Shown: positions 50,156 to 57,985 of the stretch, one piece after another
Numbering within the stretch: position 1 is the first letter of the stretch
Layout of the letters: every line of letters begins with the position of its first letter
Assembly (NCBI GenBank): GCA_963809895.1
Contig: CAWELD010000010.1
Coordinates: 224,001 to 288,000 of the forward strand
Direction: 5' to 3'
Length of the DNA: 64,000 bases
Source: an uncultured Gemmatimonadales bacterium
Lineage (GTDB): Bacteria; Gemmatimonadota; Gemmatimonadetes; Longimicrobiales; Gaopeijiaceae
Notes under the pieces: generated by a model
The model's input: the letters and a program-made list of their open reading frames with translations, nothing else
The model's database searches: none
Told to the model about the DNA's origin: nothing
Translations under genes and position numbers: made by a program

Positions 50156-50938
50156 ATGGATACCCTCTCGCCTCCCCACGGACCCACGATCTCCGAAGAG
50201 GCCGCCGTCGGGCCCGTGCCCTATGCGGTCCACCCCGGCTGGCGGCGGGCGTTCCCCTGGCTCGCTCACGGAATCACCCGGGAAGGGGATCCAGCGACCC
50301 CGTGGGACATGGCGCTTTTCGGGGACGGCGCCGCGGCCCCCACTCTGCGCCGCTGGCAGTCGCTTCTCGACGCCGTGGGCATGGACCGGGCCGTGCACGC
50401 CCGCCAGGTGCACGGCGCGGCGGTGCGTGTCCACGACGGCCTCGCCCCGGGGATTCGACTCGCCCCGGATTGCGATGGGCACGTGACCGGCGCGCCGGGC
50501 GTGCTGCTGGCGGTCACGGTGGCGGACTGCGTGCCGGTGTGGCTGGTCCACCCCCGGCGGCGCGCGGTCGCCCTCCTGCACGCGGGCTGGCGTGGCATCG
50601 CCGCCGGCGTCCTGGAGTCGGGGCTCGCGGCGCTTCGGACGCGGTTCGGCATCTCGGCCGGGGAGCTGCACCTGCACCTCGGGCCCGCCATCTGCGGCCG
50701 ATGCTACGAGGTGGGCCCGGAGGTGCACGACGCCCTGGGCTTGCCCCGGCCGGAACGGCCCACTCCCGTGGACCTGCGCACGCTGCTCCGGGAGCGAGCG
50801 ATCAGCGCCGGCGTGCAGGAGGCGCACACCACCGCCTCGGCGCACTGCACGCGTTGCGGAGAGCTGGACCTGTTCTCGCATCGGCGAGGCCGGTACGAGC
50901 GCCAGGTGGCCTTCGCGGGCATCCGTGTCGGGGCCTGA
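50156..50938 (+). CDS. pgeF: PgeF/YfiH (laccase-domain purine nucleoside enzyme)
   Basis: QVHG, VADCVPV, HAGWRG, GPAICGRCYEVG, CT.C...FSHR. Confidence 0.9.
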   Translation: MDTLSPPHGPTISEEAAVGPVPYAVHPGWRRAFPWLAHGITREGDPATPWDMALFGDGAAAPTLRRWQSLLDAVGMDRAVHARQVHGAAVRVHDGLAPGIRLAPDCDGHVTGAPGVLLAVTVADCVPVWLVHPRRRAVALLHAGWRGIAAGVLESGLAALRTRFGISAGELHLHLGPAICGRCYEVGPEVHDALGLPRPERPTPVDLRTLLRERAISAGVQEAHTTASAHCTRCGELDLFSHRRGRYERQVAFAGIRVGA

Positions 50939-50953
50939 CGGTGGGGGTGGCGG

Positions 50954-51175
50954 GTGATGCCCCGCGGCGAGGTGTTGCCGGGCCTGTGTGGAGACTGCCG
51001 CCACGCGCGCGTGATCGAGAACCGTCGGGGCTCCACCTTCTATCTGTGCGAGCGTTCTCGCACCGATCCCCGCTTTCCCAGGTACCCGCCTCTGCCGGTA
51101 CTGGCCTGCCCGGGCTTCGAACCCGCGGCCCACGATCCCCCTGACAACCACCAATCCGAAACGGAGAGACCATGA
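50954..51175 (+). CDS. Small four-cysteine hypothetical protein
   Basis: GLCGDCRH...FYLC...RYPPLPVLACPGF. Stop overlaps the next ATG (ATGA). Confidence 0.7.
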   Translation: MMPRGEVLPGLCGDCRHARVIENRRGSTFYLCERSRTDPRFPRYPPLPVLACPGFEPAAHDPPDNHQSETERP

Positions 51176-51642
51176 GCGAGCCCTTCTACGTATCGCGCTG
51201 CACGGTGACCCGGGTGGCCGGCGTCCACCGTCGAGCCCGCCTCCAGGACGGCACCATCGTGGAGATGGGCGTCCACGGCGCCATCAAGCGACACTACGGC
51301 CTGGACGCCGAGCCGGACCTTCCGCTGCCGGTGGATCTGCTGGTGGCCGCCGCTGCCGGGTGACTACTGGGAACCCTCAATGGCGCGCTGGAGGCGCGCG
51401 AGATCCTTCTCTCGCCCGACGACCTCACGGTCGAGGCCGAGGGCATCAACGAGATCCGGGACCGGGTGCCCGTGCTGACCCTGATCCAGGTGCACTACAC
51501 CATGACCATTCCCCGGGGAACGCGTGACGCCGTGGACCGGGCGCTGGCCCGGCACGTCGATCGGTGTCCCACCGCGTGCTCGCTCAAGGGCGCGGTGTCG
51601 GTGACGTGGACCGCGGAGATCGAGGAGGCGGACGAGGCGTAG
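51172..51642 (+). CDS. OsmC/Ohr-like protein, probable selenoprotein (UGA at 51361-51363)
   Basis: PVDLLVAAAAG-UGA-LLGTL...HVDRCPTACSL. The frame stays open to TAG at 51640-51642 (156 aa), and a SECIS-like hairpin follows the UGA. Confidence 0.8.
51369..51407 (+). promoter_or_regulatory. Putative bacterial SECIS element
   Basis: Upper stem GCGCGC/GCGCGC (51383-88/51394-99) with loop TGGAG 25 nt after the UGA. Lower pairing CTC/GAG and GGA/TCC. Confidence 0.6.
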
Positions 51643-51646
51643 CCCG

Positions 51647-52996
51647 TCAGGCCAACGTGGTCTCGCTCTCTCGTCGCTCCTCGAGGCGCACGCCGATGCG
51701 CGACGCGGATTCCAGCGACAGGAGCAGGAGAGGGGGTACCCAGATCAGGGCGCGGGCCCAGAGAGGCTGGGGCCACACACCGGTATCCATGGCTGTCGGG
51801 AGTCCCCAGTAGCCCAGCAACGAAGTGCAGGTGAGGAGGAGCCAGGACCGGCGGCGATTCAGGACGGCCATGGGCAGCACCCAGAGGGCGTGCCAGGGAT
51901 AGAGCACGGGAGACAGCACGAGGGCGCCGCCGATGACGGCGAGAAGGCCGCGGCTCGTCGGGAAGCGGTTCGACGTCGCCCACATGACCACCAGCATGAA
52001 GAGGATGGTGGCGGCCAGCCGCGGCAGGGCCGTGCCTGGAAGGACCCAATCCAGCAGGGCGAAGATCCCTCCATTGAAGCGCGTGTGGTCCAGGAAGACG
52101 TTGGCGCCGTCGAAGAGGTGGGAGATGCCCGCCCAATACGGGAGCAGCGCGACGAGGAACAGCGCCAGGGCCACCGCCAGATACCGGAACCCCAGGCGGA
52201 TCGCGACGGCGGGTACGGCGGTGGCGGGCACCAGGCCCACGAGCGCCGACCAGGCGGTGCCCAGCGCGGCTCCCACGGGCCGCCGAGCCCACGCCAGCGC
52301 CAACGCCAACCCCAGCAATCCGAGTATCTGGACGTGGGCGTTCCAGGCGGTTTCGACAAGAAGAAGCGGGGACCAGAAGTAGAGGATCAGGGTCAGGCGA
52401 CGACCCCGGGAGTGGACTCGGGCCGCGCGAATCATGAGGGCGGCGGTGGCCAGGTCCGCCACCATCCACAACAACTTGAGGCCCAGCACCTGGAGCCCGC
52501 TCCACGCCGCGATGACGAACGCCCCCTGGGCCAGCGGCGGGTAGAGGGTGTGCATTCCGGGATTCGGAACGAGATCGAACCAGGCGGTGCGAAGGGGTTC
52601 GAGCACCGCCGCGCCGGGGGCGTAGAGATAGGGGTTCACGCCCTGCAGCTGGATGTAGCCGTCCCAGAGGTAGCGCCATACGTCGCGGGTGAGCTCCGGC
52701 GGCACCGGCATCAGGATCAGCCTGGCGGCGATCCCCACGATCCAGATCCAGGTCAGCGACGCGGCGCCGTCCCGGACGGCGTTGGCAGCGGCGGCGTACC
52801 CCACGATGGCCAGGACGAGGAGTCCGAAGCCCGGCCAGGGGAACGGCAGGTTCGGCCACCACGCCAGCGCCGCCAGACTGCCCACCTCCAGGGCTGCAGC
52901 GCCGAAGAAGACCGCCCGCAGCCGCGAACCGTCGGCCGGTGCGGCGGCCGCTTCGGCGGAGCGCTCGGTCATGCGGCGCGCGTCCGTGAAGACCAT
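51647..52996 (-). CDS. GT87/DUF2029-like polytopic glycosyltransferase
   Basis: DVWRYLWDG...GVNPY..AP, TLYPPLAQ, WSPL..VE...NAH, FNGG, YPW. Confidence 0.78.
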   Translation of the reverse strand: MVFTDARRMTERSAEAAAAPADGSRLRAVFFGAAALEVGSLAALAWWPNLPFPWPGFGLLVLAIVGYAAAANAVRDGAASLTWIWIVGIAARLILMPVPPELTRDVWRYLWDGYIQLQGVNPYLYAPGAAVLEPLRTAWFDLVPNPGMHTLYPPLAQGAFVIAAWSGLQVLGLKLLWMVADLATAALMIRAARVHSRGRRLTLILYFWSPLLLVETAWNAHVQILGLLGLALALAWARRPVGAALGTAWSALVGLVPATAVPAVAIRLGFRYLAVALALFLVALLPYWAGISHLFDGANVFLDHTRFNGGIFALLDWVLPGTALPRLAATILFMLVVMWATSNRFPTSRGLLAVIGGALVLSPVLYPWHALWVLPMAVLNRRRSWLLLTCTSLLGYWGLPTAMDTGVWPQPLWARALIWVPPLLLLSLESASRIGVRLEERRESETTLA

Positions 52997-53042
52997 GCCA
53001 TGGCCTGCCCCTCCCGTCCAAGAGGATTGAGACACCCGCGGG

Positions 53043-53861
53043 TCACCCTGCGAGGAACTCCAGCAGTGCGTCAAGCGATTCCTGCGGCCGCTCGTCCACG
53101 GGAAGGTGGCCACATCGGTCCAGGATCACCAGTTGCGCGTTCGGGATCTCGCGGCTGAGGCGCTCCCCGACCCAGAGCGGGACGACGGGATCGTCGCGGC
53201 CCCAGAGACACAGTGTAGGCACCTCGATCCCACCGTAGCGAGCCATCAACGCGGGAAGCTCGGGGGGCACGATGTGGGCCGCGCAGGTCACCAGGGCGGC
53301 CTGGGTGTCGGGGTCGGTGAGCGGATCGGCGAAGGTCGCGACGCGCTCCGGCGTGACGACCTGGTCCTGCACCACGACGTCACGCATGACCTTCGCCACC
53401 AGCCAGCGTTTCGGTGCCAGTCGCAGGACCATGCGGCTGAAGGTCGGGTGGTCCGCAAAACGCACGAAAGGCGGCGCTGCCTGGGGGTACGCGGCTCCGG
53501 CCACGCTCACCAGTCGAGCCAGGCGCCCCTCGTCGTCGTCCTGGAGCCGCACCGCCGCTGCCAGGGCCACTCCTCCGCCCAGCGAGTGCCCGATGAGCGT
53601 GGCGTCACGCAGATCCAGCTCCCGGACCAGGTCACCGACGGCGCCCCCGAGGCTCAGAGGATCGTAGGCACCGTCACGGGGCTTGGGGGCGGCGCCGAAA
53701 CCGGTCAGATCCACGTTCACCACCCGGTAGCGGGCGCGGAGGGGCGCGAGCCAGGGCGCCCACACGGCCCCATGGGCGCCGTAGCCGTGGATGAGGACCA
53801 AGGGCTCGCCCGTTCCCTCGTCGGTCCAGGCCAGGGGGATCGCCGCCCGCCCCTGCCTCAT
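53043..53861 (-). CDS. Alpha/beta hydrolase
   Basis: LIHGYG, DLTGFG, GHSLGG, WGRDD, CGH. Confidence 0.9.
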   Translation of the reverse strand: MRQGRAAIPLAWTDEGTGEPLVLIHGYGAHGAVWAPWLAPLRARYRVVNVDLTGFGAAPKPRDGAYDPLSLGGAVGDLVRELDLRDATLIGHSLGGGVALAAAVRLQDDDEGRLARLVSVAGAAYPQAAPPFVRFADHPTFSRMVLRLAPKRWLVAKVMRDVVVQDQVVTPERVATFADPLTDPDTQAALVTCAAHIVPPELPALMARYGGIEVPTLCLWGRDDPVVPLWVGERLSREIPNAQLVILDRCGHLPVDERPQESLDALLEFLAG

Positions 53862-56500
53862 GGCGCCTCCAGCTCCAGGCGGTGCGCGCCGCGGGCCTCG
53901 GCCTCGCGGGCGAGGTCGTCGTGGCAGGTGAAGAGGAAGACCTGGCGGGTGTCCGCCGCAGTGGCGAGCAGGTCCAGCCCGCGGCCCCGCCGCCTGGCGT
54001 CCCAGTTGACGAAGACCTCGTCCAGGAACAGCGGGAGCCGCTCGCCCGAGCGGTCCAGCTCGTCGAGAAGGGCGAGGCGCAACGCCAGGTAGACCTGTTC
54101 GCGCGTGCCGGTGGAGAGCGGGGGGCCCACCGGCCGGGGCTCGGCGAGGGCGGGGCCGCGGACCATGAAGGTGCGTCCGTCCTCGCCGCCGAGCAGGAGT
54201 CGATCGTAGCGCCCCCCGGTGAGGATGGAGAGAAAGCGCCCGGCACGCCGGAGGGCGCCGGGTTGATGCTCCTCGCGGATCCACCGGTCTGCATCGCGAA
54301 CCACCCGGGCCATGATGTAGAGGCGGTCCCGGCGGCGAGCCAGGTGGGCGCATTCCTCTTCCAGGCTCTCGATCTCCCCGTCGAGATCGTCCAGGGTGTC
54401 CCGGTCGGCGAGGTGCGCTACCTCGCCCCCGAGGCCCTCCACCCTCCTGGCGAGCTCCTCGATCTCCTCGGTCAGGCCCTTCTCCCGTGCGGCGAGTCGG
54501 GCCAGCTGCTCGTCGTCGGGGAGGGCCTCCTCGCTCCACGAGGCCGGATCCGGCGTGAGCTCGGCCAGCTCGGCCTGCGCTTCGTGCGCCCGTCGAAGCG
54601 CGTCCAGGCGCTCCCTCGCCTCACGGGCCCCGGCGATGGGATCGCCCTCCGGATCGAAGGCCGCCAGGCGGTCCCGCAGGGTGTGCGCGGCCCGCTCGGT
54701 CTCCTCCACGTGAGCGCAGACGCGCCGCCTCTCCCGGGCGAGCCGTTCCAGCTCGCCCTCGGCGGCGCGGGCCGCCTCCATGCGTCGGGTGGCGGCACGC
54801 ACGGCGTGACGCGCGGCGTGCAGGGCCGCACCGGGATCGGCGACCGGGAGGTCGTCGAGGGGCAACTCGGCGACGAATGCAGCTATGTCGGCGCCCAGGC
54901 CCTCCACGGACTCTGCCAGCTGCCGCTTGCGCGCCCGACGTTCGCGGAGGTCCCTCAGGATCTCCTGGATGCGCTCGACGTCACCGGCGAGCTCGGGACC
55001 CACGGGCCGCCCCTCGACCAGGAGCGCGAGGTCTCCCAGGATCTCGCTGAGCTGGGCCCGCGCCCGCTCCGCGTCGCGCCGGGCTCGCTGGGCGTCCTCG
55101 TGCCTGGTTGCGCCCCGCCGACGAGAGCGCAGCCACCAGAGCAGGCCGGCAGCGGTCGCGGCCCCGGCCAGAAGGGCGGCTCCCAGGGCGAGCACCAGCA
55201 CCTGGCCGGCCGTGGCGCCGACCGCGACGCCCGCCAGGCCCAGCAGGGCGGCCCCCACCAGGGGTGTCCGCGGAAAGGGAGGCAGGGCGTCGGAGTGATC
55301 CTCGGCCTCGGCCTGTCGCTGGCGAGTCGCCGCGTCGGTCCACGCCCGCAACGTGTCCCGGAGCCGGGGCAGCGGGATTCGGAGCCAGGCCTCTTCGTCG
55401 GCGTCGGCCCCGCCGTCGAGTCGCGATCGAACCGTGTCGAGGCGGCGTCCGAGATCGCGGACCTCCTGATCCAGCTGCGCGATGCGCAGGCGATTCTGGT
55501 CGGCACTCGCCCAGTGTCCGGCCAACTGTTCCAGTCGGGCCTCGCCGGCGAGCAGGCGCCTGTCCGCCTCGGTGAAGGCGTCCAGCGCCGATCGCGGGGC
55601 GCTCTCGTCGCTGGCCAGCCGCGCCAGGTCGTCCTGGGCGTCACGATGATGGCCCTGGGCCTCGGCCAGCGCGCGCTCGGGATCGGGGGGAAGATCGTCG
55701 AGCGGCTCGGGATCCCCCGCTCGAGCCTCGAGGTCCCGCGCGCGCCGAAGTCGACGCCGTACCGGAAGCAGCCGGCGCGCCCGCTCGAGCTCCACCCGGC
55801 AGCGTTCACGCTCCTCTCGCCGCGCCTCCAACAACTCGCGGGCGCGCCTAAGCTCCGCCTGTGCGTCGCGCATGCGTCGGTCGGCCTCCCGCACGTCGCT
55901 CCGGCGGAAACGCAGCTCCCCGATGCGCTCCCGGAGGTCGCGGATGCGCTGGTGGCCACGTCGATTGGGACGCCACAGAGCACCGGCCTCCGCTTCCAGC
56001 TCGTCGGCGACCGTCCGGGCCGGACGGAGGTCCCGTGCCCCGAGGGCGCCCACGAGCCGATCCTGCACCGCGTCCCAGCCGTCGGCGTCCAGCGAGGCGA
56101 GCTCCGCGAGCCCCAGGGCGAACACCTGCCGAAAGACCGGGAGCGGCACATGGGCGGCAGCCGGCACCGTGTGGTTCCGGATCGGCTCCTCCACGCTGCC
56201 TCGCACCAGAGACCCGGTCGGCGACGACAGAAGGCGCCGATGGACCTCCAGGACCTGTCCCGTTTGCAGACGCAGGACGGCATCGCCCGCGGCGTCACCG
56301 CCGGCCCAGGGAGCCCATGGGTTGCGGTCCCGCGAGGACGGATAGAAGCCGTAGAGCAGCGCGGTCAGGAACTCGAAGAAGGAGCTCTTGCCGGCCTCGT
56401 TCTCGCCGTGGACGAGCACCCAGGACGGAAGCGGCGCATCTCCCGTGTCGACTTCCTGGAGACCCCCGAAGGCCTGGATCCGGATCCGCTCGAACCGCAT
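53858..56500 (-). CDS. YhaN-like AAA_27 / Rad50-like ATPase with two internal TM helices
   Basis: GENEAGKSS, long coiled coils, LSTGTREQVYLALR, FLDEVFVNWD, FTCH. Confidence 0.88.
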   Translation of the reverse strand: MRFERIRIQAFGGLQEVDTGDAPLPSWVLVHGENEAGKSSFFEFLTALLYGFYPSSRDRNPWAPWAGGDAAGDAVLRLQTGQVLEVHRRLLSSPTGSLVRGSVEEPIRNHTVPAAAHVPLPVFRQVFALGLAELASLDADGWDAVQDRLVGALGARDLRPARTVADELEAEAGALWRPNRRGHQRIRDLRERIGELRFRRSDVREADRRMRDAQAELRRARELLEARREERERCRVELERARRLLPVRRRLRRARDLEARAGDPEPLDDLPPDPERALAEAQGHHRDAQDDLARLASDESAPRSALDAFTEADRRLLAGEARLEQLAGHWASADQNRLRIAQLDQEVRDLGRRLDTVRSRLDGGADADEEAWLRIPLPRLRDTLRAWTDAATRQRQAEAEDHSDALPPFPRTPLVGAALLGLAGVAVGATAGQVLVLALGAALLAGAATAAGLLWWLRSRRRGATRHEDAQRARRDAERARAQLSEILGDLALLVEGRPVGPELAGDVERIQEILRDLRERRARKRQLAESVEGLGADIAAFVAELPLDDLPVADPGAALHAARHAVRAATRRMEAARAAEGELERLARERRRVCAHVEETERAAHTLRDRLAAFDPEGDPIAGAREARERLDALRRAHEAQAELAELTPDPASWSEEALPDDEQLARLAAREKGLTEEIEELARRVEGLGGEVAHLADRDTLDDLDGEIESLEEECAHLARRRDRLYIMARVVRDADRWIREEHQPGALRRAGRFLSILTGGRYDRLLLGGEDGRTFMVRGPALAEPRPVGPPLSTGTREQVYLALRLALLDELDRSGERLPLFLDEVFVNWDARRRGRGLDLLATAADTRQVFLFTCHDDLAREAEARGAHRLELEAP

Positions 56501-56506
56501 GGTCTC

Positions 56507-57751
56507 CTACCGGGCCCGCTCGGGATCCAGCATGCGCGCCAGGATCTCACCCTCGGCGTCGCCCAGAACCTCTCGCACGTAGTCCCGGGCATCGACATCG
56601 TCTCGCAACCCCGCGAGCTCCCGCTCCAGGCCCGCCGGAAGGGCGCCCTGGCCGTGGGCGAGCTCCCGCAGGCGCCGGAGCGCGACCCCCAGGACGTCTT
56701 CCCGGCCCTCGTGCATGTCGGCGTCCACCACCGCGTGCACGCGGTCGGCGCGGACCTCCACGTCCAGGGCGCCGATGGCCTCGCGCAGCTCGCGGGCCAG
56801 CGCCGGCCGCTCGTCGTCCGAGGCGAGCTCTCGCCAGAGGGGCGTGCCGCCGGCGAGGGTCACGCGCACCATCCACTCGGCGTCGGGCGCCGGATCGGCC
56901 GCGCGCGCAGCGCGCCAGCGTCGGGTCACCGCACCCACCACCGCGTCCAGGGTGGCGGCGTCGCCGAGATCGGATACCTCGATAGACTCCCAGCGCACCG
57001 GTGCGAACGCTCGGAACTCCACCTCGGCCGCTCCGTCGACCCCCACGTCGACGAGCAGGCCACCGCGCGGCCCCGACTCGGCGTGGGTGCGACCCTGCAG
57101 GTTTCCAGGGTAGTGGATCGCCGGAAGCCCGGAGAGCGCCTGCCGGGTGTGCACGTGCCCGAGCGCCCAGTAGTGGTACCCGGCCCGACGCAGGGTCTCC
57201 ACCTCGGTCGGAGCGTAGGGCTCATGGGCCTCTTCGTCGCGGGACCCGACCACCTGAGCGTGCAGGACCGCGATCTCGGGCCGGTGTCCCTCCGGACGGG
57301 GAAAGCGGGCCGCCAGGTCACGTGTCTCACGGGGTCCGGTGTGCCCCGCAGCCGTCACGTGCCCCACCACCGTTCCGTCGCGGTCCCGGATGGCCACGCG
57401 GCGCGGCGTGGCGTCGGGAGCCACGGTCACGTTGCTCGGCCAGTGCAGGGACGCGGCGCGCGCGCCGTCACGACCCGGGTCGTGGTTGCCCGTAGCGTAG
57501 ACCACGGGGATGCTCGCGGCCTCGAGGCGGCCGAGCTCGTCCAGGAGGAAACGCTCGGTCTCGAAGGAGAGCGTGGCGCCGTCGAAGAGATCGCCGGCAA
57601 TGACCACGCACAGGACCTCCTCCGCCAGCGCGGCGTCCACGGCGCGCGCGAAGGCTCGGCGTGAGGCGTCACGCAGGCGCCGGCGGAGGTCCGGTGAGCG
57701 CCCTGCGAACGGCGTGTCCAGGTGAACGTCGGCAAGATGTAGGATGCGCAT
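56507..57751 (-). CDS. YhaO/Mre11-like DNA repair exonuclease
   Basis: ADVHLD, GDLFD, GNHD, LHA, ALGHVH, YPGNLQGR, all intact. Confidence 0.9.
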   Translation of the reverse strand: MRILHLADVHLDTPFAGRSPDLRRRLRDASRRAFARAVDAALAEEVLCVVIAGDLFDGATLSFETERFLLDELGRLEAASIPVVYATGNHDPGRDGARAASLHWPSNVTVAPDATPRRVAIRDRDGTVVGHVTAAGHTGPRETRDLAARFPRPEGHRPEIAVLHAQVVGSRDEEAHEPYAPTEVETLRRAGYHYWALGHVHTRQALSGLPAIHYPGNLQGRTHAESGPRGGLLVDVGVDGAAEVEFRAFAPVRWESIEVSDLGDAATLDAVVGAVTRRWRAARAADPAPDAEWMVRVTLAGGTPLWRELASDDERPALARELREAIGALDVEVRADRVHAVVDADMHEGREDVLGVALRRLRELAHGQGALPAGLERELAGLRDDVDARDYVREVLGDAEGEILARMLDPERAR

Positions 57752-57985
57752 GCACCGGGTAAGCTACATGTCGTGTCGGGCGCCGACAGGGCTGGATGCG
57801 GCGCGGTGGTCGTCGCGAGCCGCTGCGTCGCGTTCCGCGGACAGGCTCCGGCGAGCCCTTCCGACGCGTGCGCTGTCTACTATCTTGAGTATTGTCATGG
57901 ACTCCATCCGCTCCCCGGCCGCGGGCCGGAGGTTCTGCCCTCACCCCGAGGTCTTCCGCCCACTCGCGGCGCGTTTCCCTTCCCC

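Noticed and set aside
53882..57664. 1260-aa plus-strand ORF and other long antisense ORFs (e.g. 47487-50486, 37371-39266)
   Set aside because: These are shadow frames of well-supported opposite-strand genes, expected in high-GC DNA, and carry no motifs.
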